A DNA stretch of 64,000 nucleotides. Source: Octopus sinensis. Its lineage: Eukaryota. The notes below the pieces were generated by a model. That model searched no databases and was not told the origin of the DNA. It saw nothing but the letters and a program-made list of their open reading frames with translations. The stretch is taken from NCBI RefSeq assembly GCF_006345805.1, contig NC_042997.1, positions 64,170,001 through 64,234,000 of the forward strand, written 5' to 3'. The translations under genes were made by a program, and so were the position numbers. The stretch's first letter is position 1, and every line of letters begins with the position of its first letter. Shown piece after piece: positions 41,176 through 53,598 of the stretch.

Positions 41176-42959
41176 GTATAATAAAAATATGTTACAAAAA
41201 GAAAATAGAAAGTAAACGTGGAAATGTAAGGGGGAAAGTAAGAAGAAATATAAGCAAAAATGCACGCTGAAAATCAATAAAAGTAAAGGCTTTTTATGAT
41301 AAGTAACGATATAGATATATACAATTAGATGAACTGAGGTAGGAATGAAAGTAAAATAAGTCATTAATATGAATTGTTAAAGAGATTCAAAAGCATACCG
41401 GTTTCGTAAATTTATTGATTACTGCTTTGAATGCACACCGATAACCGAACGGTGTCGGGTCTACTGGTTCCTGAGTAAAAAGATTATGTGTAAGGGAGGT
41501 AAGTAGATCTAGATTTGGTGCAATTAGGGTAGATATAGATCTGTAAGATGAATGGTGTATGTGATGTATGGGTGGTATTAATTGAAAGGTTAGTAGTGCT
41601 CTGTATTACGTAATGTGTTCATATTTATTGATGAAAGTATACAGACATATACATAAACATACATATACATATATTCATAAACTTTAGTACAATGGATATT
41701 CCCTCATCATTTGAAAACATGCTTTTAATATTTAAATAAATAAATAAATAAAATATATTGCCAAGAATATAGCTAAGGCTCCATTATACAAAAGAAGTAA
41801 AGAAGCAAATAGGTAACACAGGTATATATAATTCCAAGCATAAATACCATATATTTCATTTGAACCAACGTAAGAACGAGATACACATCGGATTCTAACC
41901 TATTAGAATCATATACAATCTTCGAATATGAAACGCTTCGGTATATCGGTAATCTGCCTAAACTCAGCGACATATAACGGATATTATTCCTCTACGTGTA
42001 ATATACTCGCTTTCATATATAACATTCAGCAGAATGAGTGCTTTGGAAAATATTAAGCGCTTACTGCTTTCAAACTTTGAAGATGGGTGTATTTTTTCAG
42101 TACTCGTATTGTTACATTCGTCTAGTTTCTGATTTATTTTTACTACCGTGCATCATAAATTATAAGTAGTCACCTAACATAGCATAAGATATTTGTAATA
42201 GATAGAACATGTGTGAATTGGTGAAACACGTGTTTTTATTATACAATCGCATGCATTTACATACATGCATTGTATGTACGAATGTATTTATGAGTGTATC
42301 TATGTATAAAGGGAGCTAGAGTGAGAGAGAAGATAGAAATGCATGAAATAGTTGACGGAAGTTTTGTTTTAAACAGATTATGAGTAGGCTATGCTTTCTC
42401 AAACACAAATACAGATTGACCTATTTTTGAGATGTTTCCTCTTGTTATAAATACAAAAGGATCTTGCAATGATGGAATCATATTATATTTCTTCATGCTC
42501 GTGTTGCTATATCTAAATGTAAAGAAATATAATAGGATTTTATGATCTGTGTTTATTTGTAAATGTTTCGTATTTAGCATTGAATTAATATTTTAAATAT
42601 ATATTATGCAAATACGCTCAAAAGCAGAAGCGCCGTCATATGATACCGATTCTGGGTTTCAAAGAGAAAGAAAATGTATGATGACACGAATATTCAAACA
42701 ATGCAATTACGTTCATTCCATTTCAGATTTTAGGCAAAATTTCTTCATTTAAATAGATTGATACAAAATATTTCTGTGAATAAATGTTTATATAATTTTC
42801 CTATATAAAAGAGCATCCGTGACAAAGAATGTAGAGTACTGTAGAAAACTGTATTTATTTTAGTATAATCTGCATGGCATCAATGAAGATTAACATCAAA
42901 GTAGTTGGACTATACAGAAAATTCTGCGTGAGTTTATGTGTGTGTGTGTTTATATACGC

Positions 42960-42993
<34 letters not shown>

Positions 42994-45329
42994 ACATATA
43001 TATATGTGTGTGTGTGTATTTATATATATATGTGTATATATAAATACACACACACACATATAAATATATGCATATACGTATATGTATACGTATATATGTG
43101 TGTGGATTTGTGTGTATGTGTTTATATCAAATCATGTGTTCTGGGTGTATTTGTGCCAGTGTACGTAAGTGTGTGTGGCAATCGTTTAGATTCTGTTGCG
43201 TGCCATTTTTATCATTCTTACAGTTTATATGCATGAAAGAAAAGGACATAAATAATTACCATTCATTGATAAGCACGGAACATTTTTCATACATCGTTGT
43301 CGTTTAAATTCCAAGACATTGCAAAACTTAATTCTAATATCGGCTACTTACTCGCTTTGGAAATCAAATAAAGTATGAAGAAGCTACAAAAATGTTTAGA
43401 GAAATACATTCCTACGTATGAATATAAAGGAACGAGAAATTTGCTATCTTAACCAATCAGTTAAATTATTCTGTGACAGACTTTTCATATTAAGAATTTA
43501 TCACATTAATTTTCCTTTTTTTTTTCTGTATGAACTTATCACTAATTATACAAGATATTTTTGTTTTATCTTCGTATATCATGAAATAAATTTTCGAACG
43601 TAAACTGTACGAGATTCTAATCTTGTATATTCCAATTTAATAACGAGTCCTAATGTTTTGTGGTTTGATAAAATGATTTTTAAAAAAAGTAGCTTTAAAT
43701 GTGTGTGCAACTGACTGCACACTATATCTACTTCCATATTATTTATGTAAACTATGTGTTTATCAATAAATTTCTAATTTGCAGTTTCTAAAATCTGATA
43801 CAACGAAGTTTACAAATACAATAAAACATGTATATTAGACATTATAAAAGCAAATTCTTGCACAGATATTTTGGCAAAATCTGTTCAAATTAAAAATACC
43901 CCAAAAATGGTAATATACAGAAAACGTTAAAAAAAACGTATAGTAAAAAACTAATTGCATAAAGATTTGATGAAGAATGCTGTTATTTCTCAGTTGTCTC
44001 CTTTGAAATTCATGCTGGTCAAAGAGCAGTATATACACATCTGTTCTTTAGGTGTGTAAAGTACTTTGGTATGTTTTGTATTTTAAATTGCAATGAAATT
44101 CTTTATCTAATAACTTTAAGGTATGTGGTAGTTGCACTATATGTACATTACGTAGGTATGTATATCTTGATGTTTTGGGTTATATCTTTGCATCATATTT
44201 AAACGATTTTCGTTGTCTTTATTACAAGGGTTTGTTTGTTTTGTTTGTTTCACACACAATATTATGGTCATTTCAATTTGCATATCTTTATATTTGGATA
44301 AATTGCCCATTTCGTTTACGAAAATACTATAGTCAATTAATTAGAAAGCACTTCCTTTGTTAATTGTGATTGAAAATATTTATTTCATTAAATTTAATCT
44401 CCCTACCGTGTAAATTAGTACAAAAAAGGGTCACTTTGACACTTTGACATTCTCTAAACAGGGTCACTTTGACACTTTGACATTCTCTAACAACCTTATT
44501 TTCAAATATTTAGAACACACCTTTCTGCTGATATTGAATAAGTCTACCTTGATTTTTCGGTGTTTGAAATCACAGCATTTTTCATGATTTTGGTATGCAG
44601 ATGAAACACATTTCTTGTGAACCTCCATATATTCTGTAAATACTTTACTTAATCCTTTAATGCTATCGGTAATTATATTATTTTGATCGATCATTTATGG
44701 CAGTCTATAATCTCAATCTCAATTTTACGGTTTTCCTTAATTCTGTTATTCTTTTTCCTTTATAGTGTTATATTAGTCGACTTCCTTGATTATGGAACAC
44801 ACTGCATTGGTGTATTCTTGCTTTGTATCTAATATATATTACATTTCCATTATCTTTGCAAAATATTTTCGTGCATCAAAATGGATTTTTCTGGTCCCTC
44901 TATTTAATGTTGCTTATACATTCAACGTTCGGTTTACATTATTACAACCTATTACTATGATAGTTTTCTAATAAATATTATTCTAATTCACTTAATATAA
45001 TCCTCTGTAACGAATTCGTTTTTCCCCTCTGTTGTATGTAACTAATTCTTTAATCCCTAAATACTTATGAGTCTGTACTTGACATAATTATTTTATCTGT
45101 TTGGGTAAAAGTATTTTAGTTTTCGTGTTAGCTTAATATAGATATAGATATCGAGTTTTATATAATTATTTATTTGTTTCATGTAATTCCTCTATTATTC
45201 AAATGCGCTGTTGAATCATGTAACATCTATGCCAATCTTTTCACTTTTATATAAACTTTTAGTCGTAGATCTTCACATATTATATATGTATGGATGGGCT
45301 CCGGAACACATAAGATAATAATCAACATC

Positions 45330-45375
45330 ATCATATTCATCGTCGTCGTCATCATCATTATCATCATCATCGTCG

Positions 45376-45420
<45 letters not shown>

Positions 45421-45520
45421 ACATCATCATCATCAACATCATCATCATCATCATCAACATCATCATCATCAACATCATCATCACCATGGTCAACGTCACC
45501 ATCATAATCAACATCATCTT
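45330..45520. repeat. (CAT)n microsatellite
   Basis: Direct reading. Confidence 0.97.
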
Positions 45521-45624
45521 GATTTTGCGGATTCTTAATTCCTGCTCCGGGTTTCACATTTTATCTATCTTCCCGGCAGCTCGCTGTAACACGTCCCTGT
45601 TCTTTGCTATTCGCTGCGGTATGC

Positions 45625-45652
45625 CTTATTATTATTATCATCATCATCATCA

Positions 45653-45691
<39 letters not shown>

Positions 45692-45716
45692 TATTATTAT
45701 TATATTATTATTATTA

Positions 45717-45762
<46 letters not shown>
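45625..45762. repeat. (TTA)n/(CAT)n microsatellite
   Basis: Direct reading. Confidence 0.97.
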
Positions 45763-45765
<3 letters not shown>

Positions 45766-45769
45766 TAGA

Positions 45770-46998
45770 CATATTTTTATCACGTGCTTTTACTACACTT
45801 CCGAGCGCAGCTCTGTGTGCATTGGGTATGTGCTGTGGTATGTTGTGATGCTCTAATTTTTACTGTATTGAACATGTTTTGTGTGCGGTACCTAGCACTG
45901 GTATTTTCTGCATGTAATATTATTGTTAGATCTGGTGTTTTTTATTATGTATTTGTGTGAAATGTCTTTTATTATACCGAATGCGCCTAGTGTGATAGGG
46001 ATTGTTTCTGTGTTTAGAATCCATATTAGAATTTTCAGATATTTCTATTTATCGTTTCTTTTAGAGAAAAATTGTCATCTGTTGGTAGTGATACATCGAT
46101 TAGAAAGTATGTTTTCCTTGATGATCTCTGACAACTATATCTGGCTTATTGGCCTTAATTTCTGTGTGTACTGGCATATCCCAAAGTATGGCTGCCCTCT
46201 CATTTTATGTGACATTTTTCGGCGTGTGTCTATACTATCTTTTTTCTGTTGCTATTCTATAGTTTTGGCATAGATTCCAGTATATATAGTTCCCAGATCT
46301 GTCATGTCTGAATATATTGTTTCTTGGCCAGGACTGGCAGCCAGAGACAATATGATCTATTGTTTCTTCACCATTTGCACATATTCTGCAGTTACGCGTT
46401 ATATTTCTTTTCGTTGTATTTCTTTCATTACATGTTCTTGGTAATCTCTGGTAGTCTCTGCTTTGAGCCCTGAGCTTCTCAGTCATTTTTGGGCTTTTGC
46501 TTCGTCTGTTTCCTTTGTGTTAAGTTTATCCCATGAAAGACCTTTTCTTTCCATCGTTTTATCATGATAGGTTGCTGTTCCAGTTTTAGTTTGGATTATA
46601 TTTGTTTTATAGCTTTCCTTGTTGCTTCTTTCTCTTCATAATTGTTACTATGACTTCTGGTTTTTATGTGTCAGCTGCATTAAAGACTGAAAACATGTTT
46701 TCCTTTCCTGTCCATTTTGATTAGTCCATTTAGACTCCAGTTAGGAATATTGTAGCTGTGACTTAAAACTGGGACGGCTATTATCTTGTTTTTCGCATTC
46801 AGTTCTGTATTCAGTATTAATATAACTCGTCTATAATATTATTTTCTTATCTTCTCTTTCATTTGTGTGTATTGTATCATTTCTAGTTCATTGGTTCCAA
46901 AGTATTTGTATGTCTGGCTTCGGTCTAATTCTCTTATTTCATTTGCTTTATCTAGTGTGATGTTGCTACTCTTAACTAGTTCTCCTCTTTTCTACGTT
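45770..46998 (-). mobile_element. 5'-truncated R4/Dong-type (RLE) non-LTR retrotransposon
   Basis: Minus strand: YKYFG (RT motif 7, ~46895), LNTELNAKNKI, CCHC knuckle CRICANGEETIDHIVSGC plus RHD (ORF 46235-46486), and restriction-like endonuclease KPDIVVRD...IDVSLP (~46075-46150). Confidence 0.88.
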
Positions 46999-47000
46999 GC

Positions 47001-47068
<68 letters not shown>

Positions 47069-47225
47069 ATTATTTTTTATTATTATTATTATTATTATTA
47101 TAATTATTATCATCATCATCATCATCATCATCATCACCACCATCATCATCACCACAATCATCAGCATCACCATCATCATCGTTGGCATCGTCGTCGTCGC
47201 CATCATCATCATCATTATTATTATG
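47001..47225. repeat. (TTA)n(CAT)n compound microsatellite
   Basis: Direct reading. Confidence 0.97.
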
Positions 47226-47299
47226 ATACACATATCCACATAGGAGTAGCATTTAAACTATTAATATTCAAGTCAGAATCAACAGGAAACTGGATGCCG

Positions 47300-48610
47300 G
47301 AATGATAAACCGCCCTAAATTCCCCAAAACAAAACAAAAACATCATACAGTCACAAAATTACAGGCTAATAACATGCCTATCAACATCCTACAAAACCCT
47401 CACATCAGTCAACTATGACCGGCTTATAATACATCTGGAAAACAACAATATTTAACTTGAAAAATAAAAGGCATGTCGCAGAGGGATGCATGGTTGTAAG
47501 GATCAACTTTGGTTTAACCGAGCTATTATAGAGGAATGTAAGAGGAGAAAAACAAACCTGAACATTCCTTGGATTGATTATCAGGGAGTATTCGGACAAT
47601 ACTTGAATTGGTTACTGCTGGAATCTCTCCACACAAATAAAGTAGTTCCAACACTACTAAAATATACCCAACATGCAATGGAAAACTGGATATACAGAAT
47701 AAAACTGAAAAATTAATCAAAAAGTCTTTAAAACCTGCCGTACACCCATAAGAAGAGGGATTTTCCAAAGAGTCTCGCTGTTACACCTCCTTTTCTGCCT
47801 TTCTCTAACCCCACTACCAAACTTGTTAAATGAAAAAACTATTGGATATAGATGCTATGGACAAGCAATGAATCATCTCCGCTAAATGGAGATGAGTTAG
47901 ACTAATATTAAACACTGAACTCAATGCCAAAAATAAGATAATAGAGATAAACACGCTAGCTTGACCAGTCATAAATTACAGACTGGAAGAACAGTGAATT
48001 GAGAAAGTTAGGTAGAAATACCAGAAAACTATTAACAGACATACCAAAGTCACCACCCCAAAACAGACACAGACAGAATATATCTACCCCGCTCAGGAAA
48101 CTGTGGTTTGATACAGATAGAGAACTATTATAAAACAACAACTGTTTAACTAGAAAAACACCTAGAAACAAAAATGGAAGACTACTACATGTAATAAAGG
48201 AACACAAGAAAATGAAAACACTTTCCCCTCTACACTAGGTCACAGATACACTGACCTCAGACTCAGATGACAACAAGGCAGAAATGGTCTAAGAGACAAA
48301 ACAACAACATGAAAAGAGCACTACAAAATATACAAAAGAACAAATGGAGAGAAAAATCATGCCATGATTAATGCATTGTAAAACCTAACAGAGAAGAATT
48401 GAAGTTACGTAAAAGCTGTTAATGGCTCAAAAACTCTTGATTAAAAGCTGAAACGGAAGGGCTGTTTTCGCTGTTGAAGACCCATGTCTGACAGCGAACA
48501 ATAAAAAAACCAAAATAATGAAAACCGGCCCTAACACCAAATCCAGATCGACTACATCCGGTCTGGTTGCCCAGTCCTTGCCAAATTTGAATATATATAG
48601 AGAGACTCGC
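47300..48610 (+). mobile_element. R4/Dong-type LINE RT remnant
   Basis: NYRLITCLST, GCKDQLWFNRAIIEECKRRKTNLNIPWIDY (ORF 47486-47716), RRGIFQ, LNTELNAKNKI, LKAETEGL, SGCPVLAK; many stops and deletions. Confidence 0.88.
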
Positions 48611-49205
48611 CGGAGGGAGTATTTTTTAGCTGTTTAGTATAAAGTAAATATAAATTAAGCAATAAACATAATGGATAGCTTCCTTTCCATATTATGCGCC
48701 TGGCAGCTTGGCATGGCATTATTTAAAAGATATTTTTTCCGCATCTCACTATTGTAGACGCAAAATATTCTTATTCTGATATATGTCTCTCACATTCAAT
48801 TTCTTATATTATTGATATTTATGTTTGCCCATTTGTGCCTGTTTCATTATTATAAAAAGAATTAAAGTTATATGTGGTAATGAATTGCTCTATATTTATA
48901 TATGCTGACGTTTAATACTAAGCTACAGCTTGCGTTTTAATCGCTTGATGCTATTCATAAGTGAATTGAATGTATATCATCCGAAAATCGAAATCTGTTT
49001 GAAGTCGTGTTTGATGATCTAAGTAAGACAATAATCTACATTTGATATATAAAGTGAAACGTCCTTAATTTGATTGAGATACTTAATACATCCAATCCAC
49101 GTCAGCCGTAAACATATTTACAGACACGTGCAAAATGACGCATCAAGATCCAGAGAAATGGAACATTTTGCGGGTGTGAATATTATGTATATATACATAT
49201 GTATG

Positions 49206-49508
49206 TGGAGGCGCAATGGCCCAGTGGTTAGGGTAGCGGACTCGCGGTCATAGGATCGTGGTTTCGATTCCCAGGCCGGGCGTAGTGTGTATTTATTGAG
49301 AGAAAACGTCTAAAGCTACACGTGGCTCCCGCAAGGGGTGGTGGCGACCCTTGCTCTACTCTTTCGCCCCAACTTTCTCTCACTTTTTCTTCCTGTTTCT
49401 TGAGTAACGCTGCGATGGAGTGGCGTCCCGTCCAACTGGGGGAAAACATACGCCAGAGAAACCGGGAAACCGGGCGCATGAGCCTGGCTAGGCTAGAAAA
49501 GAGCGCAT
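49206..49508 (+). mobile_element. tRNA-derived SINE, family C
   Basis: ggcccagtggttagggtagcggactcgcggtcataggatcgtggtttcgattccc tRNA-like head with A/B boxes; tail gaaaccgggaaaccgggcgcatgagcc. Confidence 0.9.
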
Positions 49509-49512
49509 AAAA

Positions 49513-49548
<36 letters not shown>

Positions 49549-49551
<3 letters not shown>

Positions 49552-50939
49552 TCCACCCACACATATACCTTATACATATTACTAAATTTAAACCAGATAA
49601 TAAGCCAAAATATACCACAGTATAGTTCGAAGCACAAAACATTTGCTCTAATACTTAAGATAATATATCCAAAATTTCTAGTTTCAAACCGCTTATTCCC
49701 ATATTTTTAATGATGTCTCATCTCTGCACAGCCATATTAACTCGTGATGCACCTACTAGTCTAGTGTTACATATCGTTGCTTACTTTTTTCAGTGGATGT
49801 TATTATTTGGCTAAGGTGAAATGTCTGAATTCTCTCGGTGTTTCGATGAAATCATGTGCGTTCAGTATTTTCGTCAGTTTACATTCTGCTTGAATATCTC
49901 AGCGAAACGAAACTTGCATTGCATCACTCAGATGCTAATTAAATATAATTGGTCAATTGAATCAATGCCCCCCTCCACAAAAACATTAGCGCTCTTACCT
50001 TTATTAAAAACAATTACTAAGCTGATAGAATAAGGCCGAACGGTTAAATATTTAGAACATTTTTCAACGTATTTTGCAGTTATTTTTCCTGCTCTCTCCA
50101 TTCGGAGTTCAATTTCCTCTAAGATCAACTTTGTTTTCCCGTCCTTGAGGTCCATTTAAGGAAAGTTGCAGAGAATTACTAGGAACGGTTTAATCAACCT
50201 CCGCAAATAATGAAATATCATGAGAGAGCAAGGTAGATATGTGACTAGTTGGAGCGTAGAACAATTGACTTCTACCACTTCCGGCCCTTTATTTTCCAAC
50301 CTTTGTATCTTTTCGTGTCAAGAACATTAGAACAACTGCATAAAGTTATGACATGTGTCATATGAGTTTTATATTACGATATGATATTTGAGGCTTGAAT
50401 AACATATAAAATTTTATCTCCGAATTAGCCCCAACAATCAAACTAAGTTAGCATTTATTTAGATGTAATGTATCTAAGTCTACATTATCGTATATATCCT
50501 CTTTTTCATAGTATGGTAAAGTGTAATATGAGGAAAATTGTCTTGCGTTTCCTACAAGCCGAATGTCCACGAAGAATTTCTAATCGCACTTCGTTATATT
50601 AGAGATAATATAGATATTAATTCACAAATGCAATATAGAAGTATTTAACAACTATATTAAATTCAAATCAATACGTTTTACATATTTAAAGTCAAATGTT
50701 AGACTTCTTAAACATTGACTTTTGTCAAAAAAATAACACTAATATGATTATTAAAATTTATGCACCGTTTTTGAGTGAGTTATAAAACATTATTTCATAT
50801 GCGTCAAGAGTAAATAATCGACATTATTTTTGCAATGGAAACAATTTTAGGAATATCATTAAAAAATGCAGTAACAATCGAATGAATGAATGATATGAGA
50901 TAGTTTTTTCACAGTGAAAATAGCTTTTCCTTTCTTCAA

Positions 50940-50982
<43 letters not shown>

Positions 50983-52368
50983 TCCACCCACACATATACC
51001 TTATACATATTACTAAATTTAAACCAGATAATAAGCCAAAATATACCACAGTATAGTTCGAAGCACAAAACATTTGCTCTAATACTTAAGATAATATATC
51101 CAAAATTTCTAGTTTCAAACCGCTTATTCCCATATTTTTAATGATGTCTCATCTCTGCACAGCCATATTAACTCGTGATGCACCTACTAGTCTAGTGTTA
51201 CATATCGTTGCTTACTTTTTTCAGTGGATGTTATTATTTGGCTAAGGTGAAATGTCTGAATTCTCTCGGTGTTTCGATGAAATCATGTGCGTTCAGTATT
51301 TTCGTCAGTTTACATTCTGCTTGAATATCTCAGCGAAACGAAACTTGCATTGCATCACTCAGATGCTAATTAAATATAATTGGTCAATTGAATCAATTCC
51401 CCCCTCCACAAAAACATTAGCGCTCTTACCTTTATTAAAAACAATTACTAAGCTGATAGAATAAGGCCGAACGGTTAAATATTTAGAACATTTTTCAACG
51501 TATTTTGCAGTTATTTTTCCTGCTCTCTCCATTCGGAGTTCAATTTCCTCTAAGATCAACTTTGTTTTCCCGTCCTTGAGGTCCATTTAAGGAAAGTTGC
51601 AGAGAATTACTAGGAACGGTTTAATCAACCTCCGCAATAATGAAATATCATGAGAGAGCAAGGTAGATATGTGACTAGTTGGAGCGTAGAACAATTGACT
51701 TCTACCACTTCCGGCCCTTTATTTTCCAACCTTTGTATCTTTTCGTGTCAAGAACATTAGAACAACTGCATAAAGTTATGACATGTGTCATATGAGTTTT
51801 ATATTACGATATGATATTTGAGGCTTGAATAACATATAAAATTTTATCTCCGAATTAGCCCCAACAATCAAACTAAGTTAGCATTTATTTAGATGTAATG
51901 TATCTAAGTCTACATTATCGTATATATCCTCTTTTTCATAGTATGGTAAAGTGTAATATGAGGAAAATTGTCTTGCGTTTCCTACAAGCCGAATGTCCAC
52001 GAAGAATTTCTAATCGCACTTCGTTATATTAGAGATAATATAGATATTAATTCACAAATGCAATATAGAAGTATTTAACAACTATATTAATTCAAATCAA
52101 TACGTTTTACATATTTAAAGTCAAATGTTAGACTTCTTAAACATTGACTTTTGTCAAAAAAATAACACTAATATGATTATTAAAATTTATGCACCGTTTT
52201 TGAGTGAGTTATAAAACATTATTTCATATGCGTCAAGAGTAAATAATCGACATTATTTTTGCAATGGAAACAATTTTAGGAATATCATTAAAAAATGCAG
52301 TAACAATCGAATGAATGAATGATATGAGATAGTTTTTTCACAGTGAAAATAGCTTTTCCTTTCTTCAA

Positions 52369-52380
<12 letters not shown>
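49549..52380. repeat. Near-identical tandem duplication, period 1431 bp
   Basis: gcgtccacccac at 49549 and 50980; ORF pairs 49821/51252 and 49928/51359. Differences seen: caatgccc vs caattccc and gcaaataat vs gcaataat. Confidence 0.97.
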
Positions 52381-52423
<43 letters not shown>

Positions 52424-53104
52424 GGTGGGGGAACATACTACGTCAGAAATATATGTCCTAGTTCATGCTAGAATAAAAATGAATTTCTGAAGACAAATTA
52501 AAGAAAAAGAAACAAAACGCATCTACTCATTCCAAAGCACGTAATATATATATACTCTTAATTAATACTATGTGAGGAAACCAGAATTTCGTGCATCCAG
52601 GCGTTTAGTTTAAGAAACAATTAAGCATCAAAAATCAAGAAGGAGATTTTTAGAAAACAAATGCTATTAGCTATATGGAAACTGATGCGTGATTTGCTTA
52701 CCGTGCAAAATAATGTGTATAGGATTTGTAAATTGAAAATTGGCTCATTTTATATATGTCAAATCTAGTCGTGCATCAGACACAGAAATGGAAAATTTAG
52801 AAAATATCACACTTCATATTACATTTATCCGATTTAGCAACATGTAGCCAAATACCACAACTGTCAATAATAAATTTTCAATTATTAGAATTCCTCTTCT
52901 TAAAAATCTAGTGTCACATTGGAGGTACTTACAGATATATCCCGTCACAGAGTGTTCGCAACCATGTTGTGACCTGACGACTACTCTGATTTCGACAGGG
53001 ACGAAAATTAAATACACTGGAAAATTTTTCATTCTTTCTTAAAACTCCAATGAGTACACAAATCATACAACCTGTTTTATTTCCAAATACATATTTTTCT
53101 GCTG

Positions 53105-53408
53105 TGGAGGCGCAATGGCCCAGTGGTTAGAGCAGCGGACTCGTGGTCCTAGGGTCGCGGTTTCGATTCCAGGACCGGGCGTTGTGAGTGTTTATTGAGC
53201 AAAAACACCTAAAGTTCCACGAGGCTCCGGCAAGGGGTGGTGGCGATCCCTGCTGTACTCTTTCGCCACAACTTTCTCTCACTCTTCCTTCTGTTGGCCT
53301 GCTAGCTCAGTCAGCAGGGTGGCATAATATTGAAGGCTAACAAAATGCGAAGCGCATTGTGACCAGCGATGTGTAGCAACATCTGATGGCATGATAGGTC
53401 ATGGTGAC
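53105..53408 (+). mobile_element. tRNA-derived SINE, family C head with a different 3' half
   Basis: First ~185 bp align with 49206-49390, then the sequence diverges to gaaggctaacaaaatgcgaagcgcattgtgaccagcgatgtgtagcaacatctgatgg. Confidence 0.88.
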
Positions 53409-53537
53409 TGGGATTCTCTGTATTTATACGTTGAACAACTCTGCTGCAAGTGTTAAATCTTCTAATAAATCTTCACACCAAGACTTGATATATGCGTATG
53501 TGCATGTATTACTGTCCTAATTAGTCGTCGCTTTTTA

Positions 53538-53598
<61 letters not shown>

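Noticed and set aside
45770-48610. Single LINE with twin-priming 5' inversion
   Set aside because: Both copies contain the same LNTELNAKNKI region, so they overlap in coverage and are separate insertions.
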